In this document: piece by piece, positions 1-8,504 of the stretch
Position numbering within the stretch: the first letter of the stretch is position 1
Layout: every line of letters begins with the position of its first letter
Assembly: GCA_034667685.1 (NCBI GenBank)
Contig: JAXDQU010000038.1
Coordinates: forward strand, 1-29,576
Direction of reading: 5' to 3'
Length of the DNA stretch: 29,576 nucleotides
Source of the DNA: Thermoplasmata archaeon
GTDB taxonomy: Archaea; Thermoplasmatota; SW-10-69-26; JACQPN01; JAJPHT01
Notes under the pieces: model-generated
Seen by the model: the letters and a program-made list of their open reading frames with translations, nothing else
Told to the model about the DNA's origin: nothing
The model's database searches: none
Program-made: the position numbers and the translations under genes

Positions 1-66
1 AGCGAACTGGGGAAGAAGGGTCCCTTGTTCCCCAGTTCGCTTCTTCCCACGCTTCCCGTCTTCCCT
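1..66. repeat. Palindromic intergenic repeat built from octamer units (copy A), probably cut by the window edge
   Basis: 1-14 AGCGAACTGGGGAA pairs with 28-41 TTCCCCAGTTCGCT around AAGGGTCCCTT. Further CTTCCC-containing units follow. The reverse complement shares GAACTGGGGAACAAGGG, GGAAGACGGGAAG and CTTCCCCAGTTC with 28278-28365. Confidence 0.85.
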
Positions 67-300
67 TCACGGGCGTTTCCGTCGCGCCCGCTCGACCGCA
101 TCCCCGACGTCCTTCTCGGAGCGCCCCATCCGCTCCGCCGCCTCGCGCGGACCCTCGTCCACGTAATCGGCGTCGACGGACTCGCCCTTGCCCGCCTGCA
201 CCTCGCGCGAGCGCTCCGCCGTCTCCTGCGCGCGGCGCGTCTCGTCGACGTCGAACCCCTTGTACGCGGGCTCGTAGGGCTTCTCCTTCTTCCGATCCAT
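67..300 (-). CDS. Small highly charged hypothetical protein (77 aa)
   Basis: ATG ORF with GC-rich third positions and E/D/K/R-rich composition unlike the shadow frames. Confidence 0.65.
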   Translation of the reverse strand: MDRKKEKPYEPAYKGFDVDETRRAQETAERSREVQAGKGESVDADYVDEGPREAAERMGRSEKDVGDAVERARRKRP

Positions 301-331
301 GCGGAGGACTCGTCGCGCGGCTGCAAGGCCT

Positions 332-649
332 TTACCGCAGGAATGCCGCCGCGGCCGCCACGACGAAGCAGACGCCCGCGACGAGCAGCGGCCGGAGGAC
401 CACGGGCATTTCGCTCTGGCGCGGCAGGCCCACGAGCGGGCCCTCCACGCGCAGCGGAAGCGCGAAGAGGCGCTGCGCGAGCCCGCGGGCGGGACGCAGC
501 ACCACCGAGAGCGCCACGAGCAGCAGCACGGCCGAGGCGACCACGAGGAGCGTCGTCTCCGTCGCGGCGAACACGTCCGCCGGCAGCAGCCGCATCAGGA
601 GCACGATGAGGGCCGCGCCGAGCGCCAGCGCGACGAGCCGGAGCCTCAT
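332..649 (-). CDS. Small membrane protein (105 aa)
   Basis: MRLRLVALALG...; three hydrophobic segments; ATGA overlap with the upstream ORF stop at 646-648. Confidence 0.65.
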   Translation of the reverse strand: MRLRLVALALGAALIVLLMRLLPADVFAATETTLLVVASAVLLLVALSVVLRPARGLAQRLFALPLRVEGPLVGLPRQSEMPVVLRPLLVAGVCFVVAAAAAFLR

Positions 650-975
650 GCCGCCCGGCTCCACAGGCGCTGCGCGAGCACGCCCAACGCGAGGAGCGCG
701 CCGAGCACGAAGCCCGCCGAGAGCGCCACGTTGAGCGCGATCGCGCCGTGCATCGCGACGAGGTCGTAGGCCAGGAAGAGCCCGTACGCCGCGGTGCCCA
801 GCGCGCCGAAGACCGGGTACCACCAGAGCATCGCGGCGCCGAAGACCCACACCGCGCTGAAGATCACGAGCAGCGCGACCGGGATGGCCCAGCCGGCGAG
901 CTTCACGGCCACGAGCGCGAGGGCCACGAGGAGGCACCAGAGCGAGGCCGCAAGTTGGAGACGCGTCCGTTCCAC
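646..975 (-). CDS. Small membrane protein, about 4 TM (start GTG 975 or ATG 1008)
   Basis: Hydrophobic C-terminal part of track ORF 646..1845; coupled to the next gene. Confidence 0.6.
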   Translation of the reverse strand: MERTRLQLAASLWCLLVALALVAVKLAGWAIPVALLVIFSAVWVFGAAMLWWYPVFGALGTAAYGLFLAYDLVAMHGAIALNVALSAGFVLGALLALGVLAQRLWSRAA

Positions 976-1037
976 GGACGCTGGAGGGCCGCCGCCGCGA
1001 TGAAGCATGCGGCGACCGGGTGAACCGAGTTGAGCGT

Positions 1038-1703
1038 TTAGTGGACCAGCGAGAGCGCGCCGGAGGCCGTGCCGGCCGCGTTGCCGGCGACGTTGCCGGT
1101 CGCGCCCTGGAGGCCACCCGTCGCGCCGCCGACCGCGTGGCCCGCGACGTCCGCGCCGCCCGTGGCGACGCCGCCGAGGCCCACGTTGCCCGTGGCCTTC
1201 GTGTCCGCGTTCGCCGAGGCGCCCGCGTTCACGCCGTGGACCGCGCCGACGACGGCCTGGGCCATCGCGTGGAGGTGCGCGGTCAGCCAGCCCCAGAGGC
1301 CGGTCGCCGCGTCGGTCGTCGCCTGGGCCGAGGCGTCCGCGCTCGCGGTCGCGTCGGCGCCGACGTCCGCGCTGCCCGAGCCGGAGCCGGAGCCCGAGGC
1401 GCCCGCGGTACCCGCCGCGCTGCCCGCGACGTTGCCGCTCGCGGAGCCCGCGACCGAGCCGGTCGTGGAGGTGGCTTCCGTCTTGGCGTCGGCGACGAGG
1501 CTGTGCGCCGCGTCGAGCGTGGCCTTCGCGTCGGGGGCGGAGGCGCTGGCGGCCGCGGCGCCCGAGGCGCCGGCGTTCGCGTTCAGGTGGTCCGTCTGCA
1601 CGTTCGAGGTGCCCGCGGCGTTCGCGCCGAGGCCACCGCCCAGGGCGGCCGCGGGGGCCGCGAGGGCGAGGATTCCGATCAGCACGAGCACGGGGATTCG
1701 CAT
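1038..1703 (-). CDS. Secreted Ala/Gly/Ser/Thr-rich low-complexity protein
   Basis: Signal peptide MRIPVLVLIGILALAAPAAA, followed by repeats GNVAGSAAGTAG / GNVAGNAAGTAS and a GSGSGS tract. Confidence 0.75.
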   Translation of the reverse strand: MRIPVLVLIGILALAAPAAALGGGLGANAAGTSNVQTDHLNANAGASGAAAASASAPDAKATLDAAHSLVADAKTEATSTTGSVAGSASGNVAGSAAGTAGASGSGSGSGSADVGADATASADASAQATTDAATGLWGWLTAHLHAMAQAVVGAVHGVNAGASANADTKATGNVGLGGVATGGADVAGHAVGGATGGLQGATGNVAGNAAGTASGALSLVH

Positions 1704-1871
1704 TCCGGAGGTCATCGGCCCATGTTGGGCCCGCAGGGGTGATAGCAAGTTTGGATGCCGGCGGAAACGGAGCCGCGCTTTCCACGAGAGATCCGGCATG
1801 CCTCACGGATCGTGCTTCGTTTCGATGCGTGATCGGATGGTTCAAGGTCCCTACCGGGCTGGATCAAGGAC

Positions 1872-2543
1872 ATGGACTTCGCCGCCGCGTGGGCGTCCGC
1901 GCAGCCGTGGATCGCGCGCCTCGCCATCTGGAGAGGCTACGAGAGCGACCTGGAGACGCTGCTCATCTACGCGGTGGGCATCGCGCTCTACACCGCGCTG
2001 GTCTTCGCCTTCTACCAGAACATCTCGCGCGTCGAGGCGTTCGTCGCGGACGCGCGCCCCCGGTGGGTCCGCGCCTTCGAGACGGCGCTCCTCTTCCCGC
2101 TCATGAGCATGCTCTACTTCGGCGTGCTCGCCGCGTCTCTCTTCCTCCTGGCGAAGTCCCAATCCACCTACCAGATCCTCGAGCTCTCGATGGCGGTCGT
2201 CCTCTCCGTGCGAGTCACCGCGTTCCTCAGCGAGGAGATGAGCGCCGACCTCGCGAAGCTCCTTCCCCTGGGTCTCCTGGGCGTCCTCCTCGTCGACCCG
2301 GGCGCGCTCACCTTGGGCGCCGCGTGGCTGCGCATGAAGGAGGCGACGGTCCTCGTGCCGGCGCTCGCGCGCTTCTTCGTCCTCTTCATCGTGGCCGAAG
2401 CCCTCATGCGCGGCGCCCGCTGGGCCTACCTCCACGGACGCGACGCGCTGCACGCCCGCGCCACGCGCCGGGTCCCGGTCGCCGAGCCCGTCTCCGCCAA
2501 GGGCGAGGTCGTCTTCGAGACCGAGGGCGTCTCGCTGAAGTGA
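1872..2543 (+). CDS. Polytopic membrane protein of unknown function (223 aa)
   Basis: About 5 hydrophobic helices and clean codon bias. Confidence 0.75.
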   Translation: MDFAAAWASAQPWIARLAIWRGYESDLETLLIYAVGIALYTALVFAFYQNISRVEAFVADARPRWVRAFETALLFPLMSMLYFGVLAASLFLLAKSQSTYQILELSMAVVLSVRVTAFLSEEMSADLAKLLPLGLLGVLLVDPGALTLGAAWLRMKEATVLVPALARFFVLFIVAEALMRGARWAYLHGRDALHARATRRVPVAEPVSAKGEVVFETEGVSLK

Positions 2544-2552
2544 GGGCCTTCC

Positions 2553-3029
2553 CTACCGCACCGGCACGCCGCGGGGCTGGCGCGACTCGAACCACGCCGT
2601 CGCGTCGGCCTTGACGAGCATCACGATGGCGACCACGTCGAGCGCGGTGACGACCAGCGTGGAGATTCCCGCGAGCGCGCCCATCGCGAAGAGGGCGACG
2701 AGCGTCCAGCGCGCCCACGCCTGGCCCTGCAACGTCTGCGCGCCCGCGACGATGCCCAGGGCGCCCATCGCCAGGAAGACGACGCCGAAGAAGAGGGCGA
2801 AGGGGGCGAAGATCGGCCCGAAGAAGGGGATCGCCGAGAAGACGCTGGCGAGCATGAACGTCGCCAGCCCCCAGAGGCAGCCGATGGCGCCCAGCACGAT
2901 CGCCAGCACGCCGGCGTAGGTGACGCCGCCGGGCCGTTCGGGCGAGGCGTGCGGCGAGGCCAGGGGCGCCGTGACCCACGCGGGCTGGCGAGGCGGTTGC
3001 GCGGGCGGGGGCGTCATGGAGCCGTCCAT
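2553..3029 (-). CDS. Membrane protein with Pro-rich N-terminus and RPxGVT-type first helix
   Basis: MDGSMTPPPAQPP...ERPGGVTYAGVLAIVLG; about 4 TM segments. Confidence 0.7.
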   Translation of the reverse strand: MDGSMTPPPAQPPRQPAWVTAPLASPHASPERPGGVTYAGVLAIVLGAIGCLWGLATFMLASVFSAIPFFGPIFAPFALFFGVVFLAMGALGIVAGAQTLQGQAWARWTLVALFAMGALAGISTLVVTALDVVAIVMLVKADATAWFESRQPRGVPVR

Positions 3030-3055
3030 GCTGGCGAGCAGGCCGAGCCCGAAGA

Positions 3056-3589
3056 TCAAGCTGCCTGCGCCGGCGAAGCGCGCAACGCGGCCTGGAGCGC
3101 CGGCTCGTCCGGGACGCGCAGCCGGAAGCGCGCCAGCCGCTTGCCCGCGGGCGAACGCACCTCGAAGCGGACCCGGTGGCCGCCCCGGGCGCGCTCCTTC
3201 TCCACCACCGACACCTGGGCGAGGGGCCACGCGTCGGGCCTCGCCACGGGAACGAGCCGCGCGAGCGGGTGCTGCAGGTGGACGCGCAGGAGGCGCCGGT
3301 CCGTCACCGCGTAGCCCGTGTAGCGGTGGCGCAGCACGCTGCGGGCCGCGTCGCCCAGGAAGCCCACGCCCGCGACGAGCGCGCCCACCACGGGCGACAC
3401 GCTCCGCTCGGGCCAGATGGGGAGGAACTGCCACCATTGCGGCATCGAGAACCCGACCCAGAAGGTCAGCCAGCCCCACATCACGATGCCCACGATCGCG
3501 CGGCGCCACCCTTCCGGGCCCGGGCTGTGGACCCAGCGGACCTGCTCGCCTTCGCGCAGGTGCGGCGCGAGCCAGGCCGGGGTCTCCAT
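3056..3589 (-). CDS. Two-TM membrane protein, possibly with a bacterial PH-like domain
   Basis: LREGEQVRW...P at the N-terminus, two TM helices and YAVTDRRLL, a pattern typical of bPH-type membrane proteins. Confidence 0.65.
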   Translation of the reverse strand: METPAWLAPHLREGEQVRWVHSPGPEGWRRAIVGIVMWGWLTFWVGFSMPQWWQFLPIWPERSVSPVVGALVAGVGFLGDAARSVLRHRYTGYAVTDRRLLRVHLQHPLARLVPVARPDAWPLAQVSVVEKERARGGHRVRFEVRSPAGKRLARFRLRVPDEPALQAALRASPAQAA

Positions 3590-3702
3590 GACCCGATGGA
3601 GCCGAGGCTGGCCTGAAAAAGTGTCGCTCCCCATCTGTCGAGCCGCCTCACGTGCGTAAGTCGGCGGCGCTCACCAAGGGGAGCAAGAAACGGATCGCGA
3701 TC

Positions 3703-3963
3703 CTACTTCTTGAAGTACGCCGCGTTCTTCGGCGTGAAGTCCTTCCACTGCGCGGGAACGCTGTCGTCCGGGAAGATGGCCTCGACGGGGCAGACGGCTT
3801 CGCACGCGCCGCAGTCGATGCACTCGGCCGGGTTGATGAACAGCATGTCCACGTTCGCGAAGTCCGGGTTGTCCTTCTTCGGGTGGATGCAGTCGACGGG
3901 GCAGACGTCGACGCACTCGCCGGACTTGACGCCGATGCACGGCTCCACGATGACGCGCGTCAT
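3703..3963 (-). CDS. fdxA: Dicluster ferredoxin, 7Fe (3Fe-4S + 4Fe-4S) FdxA type, 86 aa
   Basis: MTRVIVEPCIGVKSGECVDVCPVDC (C-x7-C-x3-CP) and CIDCGACEAVCP. Confidence 0.92.
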   Translation of the reverse strand: MTRVIVEPCIGVKSGECVDVCPVDCIHPKKDNPDFANVDMLFINPAECIDCGACEAVCPVEAIFPDDSVPAQWKDFTPKNAAYFKK

Positions 3964-4002
3964 TCTCTGGGGCTCCTTGCGCCGCGCAACCCCGGGGAGG
4001 CG

Positions 4003-4008
4003 TATAAG
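4003..4008. promoter_or_regulatory. TATA-like box in the divergent spacer between the ferredoxin and nuclease-like genes
   Basis: TATAAG in a GC-rich background, about 25 nt upstream of GTG 4033 and about 40 nt upstream of ATG 3963 on the other strand. Confidence 0.5.
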
Positions 4009-4032
4009 AATGACGCTCACGTTCACGGAATC

Positions 4033-4509
4033 GTGCCCTCGCTGTGGCAACGCCTGCGCCGCCTCTTCGGGCGCGAGGAAGCCTGGCGACCTCGCGGCGC
4101 CATTCCCGAGATCCGGCATCGCGCCAAACCCTCGGTGAAGGAGGAGCTGGGCAAGCGCGGCGGCCACGTGACGCTGAACCGCGAGGTGGTGCGGAGCAAG
4201 CCCGAGCTGCGGATCGCGAACTTCCTCTTCAAGAAGGGCGTCGCGTACCTCTACGAGCCGCAGCTCGAGGGCGCGACGCCCGACTTCTACCTGCCCGAGG
4301 CGAACATCGTCATCGAGCATTGGGGCATGGAGCACTCGCGCTACCGCCGCCGGCGCGCCGAGAAGACGGCCATCTACCGCTCGCGGGGCTACGTCGTGGT
4401 CGAGACGGAGAAGGTCGACGTGCCGCGCCTCGAGCGCATCCTCGAACTGCGGCTGCTCAAGGTCGATCCGGGCCTCTTCGAGCGCGCGGCTGCGAACCGA
4501 AAGCGCTGA
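4033..4509 (+). CDS. Stand-alone PD-(D/E)XK/Vsr-like nuclease-domain protein (158 aa)
   Basis: VRSKPELRIANFL...GVAYLYE...PDFYLP...IEHWG; I recall this motif series as a domain attached to UvrD/HelD-type helicases. Confidence 0.7.
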   Translation: MPSLWQRLRRLFGREEAWRPRGAIPEIRHRAKPSVKEELGKRGGHVTLNREVVRSKPELRIANFLFKKGVAYLYEPQLEGATPDFYLPEANIVIEHWGMEHSRYRRRRAEKTAIYRSRGYVVVETEKVDVPRLERILELRLLKVDPGLFERAAANRKR

Positions 4510-4540
4510 TGGCATGAGGCGCCTCCGGCGCGAAAAGGAT

Positions 4541-4591
4541 GGAATCTCCGGATCTCAGAATCTCAGGCGGTGATTCGGAGATTCCGAGATC
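4541..4591. repeat. Octamer-unit inverted array between convergent genes (element C)
   Basis: GAATCTCC-GGATCTCA-GAATCTCA, then inverted units TGATTCGG-AGATTCCG-AGATC; 4541-4550 pairs perfectly with 4576-4585. Confidence 0.7.
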
Positions 4592-4624
4592 GCTCGGCTT
4601 CTCTGCCGGAGGCGGCCCGGAGCA

Positions 4625-5533
4625 TCAGTGCGACTTCGGCTTCGCGGCCGCTTCAGCACCGAAGATCGGCGTGCCGGTGCTCGTGGTGAGCTTGCGGAAG
4701 CCCTCGATGAGCCGCTTCGTGACGGGGCCGGGGCGCCCCTCGCCGATGACGCGGTGGTCGACCTCGACGCAGGGGGCGACCTCGGCCGCGGTGCCGGTGA
4801 TGAAGACCTCGTCCGCGTTGTAGACGTCGAACATCGTGATGGGGTGCTCCTCGACGGGGAGGCCGAGGTCGCGCGCGATGTCGAGCACCGCGCCGCGCGT
4901 GATGCCCTTGAGCGAGTTGTACGTGGGCGGCGTGAGGACGACGCCCTTGCGCACGAGGAAGATGTTGTCCGCCGTCGCCTCGCTCACGAATCCGTTGAGG
5001 TCGAGCATGATGCCCTCGTCCGCACCCTGCGCGTTGACCTCGAGCTTGGCGAGGATGTTGTTGAGGTAGTTGAGCGACTTGATGTTGGGTGATAGCGAAT
5101 TGGGCGAGTTGCGCCGCACGCTCACCGTGCAGAGCTTGAGGCCCTTCTCGTACTTGTCCCCGTAGAGCGCGCCGAAGGAGCGCGCCAGCACGATCATCGT
5201 GGGTGTCTTGCACTTGCGCGGGTCGAGGCCGAGGTCGCCCACGCCGCGCGCGACGATGGGTCGGATGTACGCGTCGCGCAGGTTGTTGACGCGGCACGAT
5301 TCGAGCAGCAGCTCGGCCATCTCCTTCTTCGAGACCGGGATCTCCAGGCCGATGGCCTTCGCGGACTCGTAGAGGCGGTCGACGTGCTCGTCGAGGCGGA
5401 AGATGCGGCCGTTGTACGCGCGGATGCCCTCGAAGACGCCGTCCCCGTAGAGGAAGCCGTGGTCGTAGACGCTGATCTTCGCCTCCGACTCGGGGACGAA
5501 GGCGCCGTTGAGGTAGACCTTGTACTCGGCCAT
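4625..5533 (-). CDS. ilvE: Branched-chain amino acid aminotransferase (PLP fold IV)
   Basis: [26 protein letters not shown] with the PLP lysine, and [11 protein letters not shown]. Confidence 0.96.
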   Translation of the reverse strand: MAEYKVYLNGAFVPESEAKISVYDHGFLYGDGVFEGIRAYNGRIFRLDEHVDRLYESAKAIGLEIPVSKKEMAELLLESCRVNNLRDAYIRPIVARGVGDLGLDPRKCKTPTMIVLARSFGALYGDKYEKGLKLCTVSVRRNSPNSLSPNIKSLNYLNNILAKLEVNAQGADEGIMLDLNGFVSEATADNIFLVRKGVVLTPPTYNSLKGITRGAVLDIARDLGLPVEEHPITMFDVYNADEVFITGTAAEVAPCVEVDHRVIGEGRPGPVTKRLIEGFRKLTTSTGTPIFGAEAAAKPKSH

Positions 5534-5587
5534 TCCACGCGCGATTCGGCGGGGTTGTATTTCTAATCTACGACCACTGCGGCCTGC

Positions 5588-6259
5588 TCACGTCCATCCG
5601 TCGCGCTTGAAGAAGACGACACGATCGCTCGTGAGGCTCACGACGACGTCGGTGTGCGGATGCTCCTTCGACGCGGGCAGGATCGCGTCGGCCGGCCCAT
5701 TCTGGAAGAGCAGGTGGATGCACGTGGGAATGATCGGGTTCCAGCCCGTCGCCACGAGCGTGGGCGTCGCGTTCGCCATCCGCGCGAGGTCGGGCGTCGC
5801 GTTCGCGTAGCCCCACGCCTCCGCCACGAGGCTTTCGGGCGCGGGCACGGGCTCGACGGTGGGCCGGAGCGCCGCGAGGCTCACGCCGGACTTCTCCTGG
5901 GCGAGGTCGAACGCGTAGGTGTCGACGAGCGTGCCGTTCGCCGCGCGCCCCTGGGCCTCGAAGCGCCATCCGTCGGCCGTCGCGTTGAGCCACGCGCTGA
6001 AGTTGGCGTGCGCGTGCGCGCCCTTCGTGATGACGTCGGGCTGCACCGCCGCGAGCAGCGCGCGCGTGTGCTCGGGCGTGAGGTTCGCGTCGCCCGCGTT
6101 CGTGAACTGCGCGATCCCGTCGAGCGTGTACGCGGGGCCCGGCGAGCCGGCGTGCGACTCGCACACGTCCGAGAGGTCGTCCTGCCCCGGGCTGAGGATG
6201 CAGCCCGCGAAGAGGGCCGGGGCGAGGACGAGGGCGGGGACGAGGCCGCGGACGCGCAC
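5588..6259 (-). CDS. Putative lipoprotein
   Basis: Basic N-terminus, hydrophobic stretch and lipobox-like LFAGC. Confidence 0.7.
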   Translation of the reverse strand: MRVRGLVPALVLAPALFAGCILSPGQDDLSDVCESHAGSPGPAYTLDGIAQFTNAGDANLTPEHTRALLAAVQPDVITKGAHAHANFSAWLNATADGWRFEAQGRAANGTLVDTYAFDLAQEKSGVSLAALRPTVEPVPAPESLVAEAWGYANATPDLARMANATPTLVATGWNPIIPTCIHLLFQNGPADAILPASKEHPHTDVVVSLTSDRVVFFKRDGWT

Positions 6260-6299
6260 GCCGCGCGCACGCCGAGCGTCCGCCTTGAGGGTTTTGTGC

Positions 6300-6752
6300 T
6301 TATCCCGATTCGACGGCCGCCTTGATCCGCCCGAGCGCGGCCGCGAGGTCCTTCGCGATCGCGCGCCGGATCAAGGGCCGGAGGACGCGGAACAGCAGCA
6401 TCGTCCACTGCAGCTCGAAGCGCTGCTCGACGCGCGTCCCCTCCGCGACGGGGACGAGCCGCCAGCGCGAAAGGTAGTGCGTCTCCAGCGACGTCGCGGC
6501 GGCGTTGCGCAGCGCGAAGACGCGCAGGGGCTCCCACGCGTCGACGACGACCTCGCGCTCGCGGCGCTTGCCTTGGATGACCTGCGCTTCGCGGCCGCGC
6601 GCGCCCTTGCGCATGGGCCCGCCGTCGATGCGCTCCGCCAGCACCGCGTCGGGGTTGAAGTCCATGACGTGCTCGAAGAAGCCCTCGGCGAGGTAGCGCC
6701 ACACCTCCTCGGGCGGGCGGTGGATCACGATCTCGTGCTCGACGACGATCAC
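6300..6752 (-). CDS. SRPBCC (polyketide cyclase/START-like) family protein
   Basis: GTG start; VEHEIVIHRPPEEVWRYL N-terminal signature; GTRVEQRFE and a C-terminal helix. Confidence 0.85.
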   Translation of the reverse strand: MIVVEHEIVIHRPPEEVWRYLAEGFFEHVMDFNPDAVLAERIDGGPMRKGARGREAQVIQGKRREREVVVDAWEPLRVFALRNAAATSLETHYLSRWRLVPVAEGTRVEQRFELQWTMLLFRVLRPLIRRAIAKDLAAALGRIKAAVESG

Positions 6753-6756
6753 ACGC

Positions 6757-7530
6757 TCACCCCCGGCGCTGCGCCTCGAAGCCGGCCACGTCGCTGAAGT
6801 AGCGCACCGCCATCTCGTGCTGGTGCGGCGTCGTGTAGAGCTCGGCGCGCGGCCCGTCAAGCAGGTCGGCGACCTGGCGCGCGACGTCCTCGGCGCTCTG
6901 CACCGTGACGTGCGGGCCGAGCTTCTGGCCGGCCGTCCACGGACCTTCGCCGCCGTGGAGGACGCTCGTCGGGAACGCGGTCGCCACAACGCTGGGCATC
7001 ACGAGCGAGACGTGGATGCCAGGATCGGTCTGCGCCAGCTCCATCCGCAGGTTGGCGGTGAGCGCGTTGAGCGCGGCCTTCGCGGCGTTGTACGCCGAGC
7101 GGTGGAGGGTGATCGGCACGCGCCCCAGGAAGCTGCTGACGTTGACGAGGTGCCCCTTGCCCCGCGCGCGGAAGTGCGGCACGATGGCCTGCGCGCCGTA
7201 GAGCGGCCCCTTGAGGTTGACCGCCATCATGGCGTCCACGTCCTCGTCGGTCAGCGCGAGCGGCATCTGGTGGATGCCCTGCCCCGCGTTGTTGATCCAC
7301 GCATCCACGTGGCCGAAGCGCTCGATCGCCGCGTCGCGCAGATGCTCCACCTGCGCGCGCTTCGTGACGTCCGTGGGCACGGCGAGCGCGTCGTCGCACT
7401 CCTTCGCGGCGGCATCGAGCGCTTCCCGGTGGCGCGCCGCGAGGACGAGCTTGTCGCCGCGCTTTGATAGCTCGCGCGCGAAGGCCGCGCCGATGCCGCT
7501 GCTTGCTCCCGTGATGACGACGACCCGCAT
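6757..7530 (-). CDS. Short-chain dehydrogenase/reductase
   Basis: TGASSGIG, NNAG and YNAAK catalytic motif; start overlaps the E1-beta stop (TGATG). Confidence 0.93.
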   Translation of the reverse strand: MRVVVITGASSGIGAAFARELSKRGDKLVLAARHREALDAAAKECDDALAVPTDVTKRAQVEHLRDAAIERFGHVDAWINNAGQGIHQMPLALTDEDVDAMMAVNLKGPLYGAQAIVPHFRARGKGHLVNVSSFLGRVPITLHRSAYNAAKAALNALTANLRMELAQTDPGIHVSLVMPSVVATAFPTSVLHGGEGPWTAGQKLGPHVTVQSAEDVARQVADLLDGPRAELYTTPHQHEMAVRYFSDVAGFEAQRRG

Positions 7531-8504
7531 CAGTACGCCTTGCTCTTCCGGATGAAGTGCAGGATGCGGTCCGTCGTGGGCATGTAGTCGTGCTCCAGCG
7601 TGTACGGGAACGGCGTGTCGAAGCCCGCGACCCGGTACAATGGCGCCTGGAGGTATTCGATGGCGTTCTCGGCGATGAAGGCGTTGATCTCGCCGGCGAA
7701 GCTGCCGATCTTGGGCGCTTCGACGACGCTCATGGCGCGGCCGGTCTTCTTGACCGACTTGAGGATCGCGTCGCCGTCGAAGGGGAGAAGGGTGCGCAGG
7801 TCGACGACCTCGACGCTGATGCCTTCCTGCTCGGCCTGCTTGGCGGCTTCGAGGGCGACGTGCACCATCGCGCCGTAGGTGAGGATGCTGAGGTCCTGGC
7901 CTTCGCGCGCGAGGCGGGCCTTGCCCAGCGGGACCGTGTACGCGCCGTCGGGCACGTCCTCCTTGATCGCGCGGTAGACGCGCTTGGGCTCCATGAACAC
8001 GGTGGGGTCCGGGTCGCGGATGCTGCTGATGAGCAGGCCCTTGGCGTCGTGGGGCGTGGAGGGGATGACGACCTTGAGGCCCGGCGTGTGCGCGAAGTAC
8101 GCCTCGCCGCTCTGCGAGTGGTAGTGGCCGCCGCGGATGCCGCCGCCGTAGGGCGTGCGGATGGTCATGGGCACGTTGTACTGGCCGCCGCTGCGGTAAC
8201 GGATCTTCGCGGCCTCGCTCACGATCTGGTCGAAGGCGGGGAAGATGAAGTCCTGGAACTGGATCTCGGGCACGGGCTTGAGGCCATAGAGCGCCATGCC
8301 GATGGCGGTGCCGATGATGCCGCCCTCGGCGAGCGGGGTGTCGAACACGCGCTCTTCGCCGAACTCGGCCTGGAGCCCGTCGGTGGCGCGGAACACGCCG
8401 CCGTTCTTGCCCACGTCCTCGCCGAAGACGACGACGTCCTTGTCCTCGCGCATCTCGGTGCGGAGCGCGTCCGTCACGGCCTGGATCAGCGTCATCGTCG
8501 TCAT
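7530..8504 (-). CDS. pdhB: 2-oxoacid dehydrogenase E1 beta subunit (PDH/BCKDH type)
   Basis: VFGEDVGKNGGVFRAT, DTPLAEGGI, EIQFQDF, GGHYHSQS; ATGA overlap with E1 alpha. Confidence 0.95.
   Translation of the reverse strand: MTTMTLIQAVTDALRTEMREDKDVVVFGEDVGKNGGVFRATDGLQAEFGEERVFDTPLAEGGIIGTAIGMALYGLKPVPEIQFQDFIFPAFDQIVSEAAKIRYRSGGQYNVPMTIRTPYGGGIRGGHYHSQSGEAYFAHTPGLKVVIPSTPHDAKGLLISSIRDPDPTVFMEPKRVYRAIKEDVPDGAYTVPLGKARLAREGQDLSILTYGAMVHVALEAAKQAEQEGISVEVVDLRTLLPFDGDAILKSVKKTGRAMSVVEAPKIGSFAGEINAFIAENAIEYLQAPLYRVAGFDTPFPYTLEHDYMPTTDRILHFIRKSKAY

Noticed and set aside
1-66. CRISPR repeat interpretation of the palindromes at 1-66 and 28278-28365
   Set aside because: No regularly spaced direct repeats with unique spacers, the copies are 28 kb apart, and there are no cas genes.
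1836-1856. GGTTCAAGGTCCC resembling a tRNA T-arm
   Set aside because: No cloverleaf, acceptor stem or anticodon arm could be built around it.
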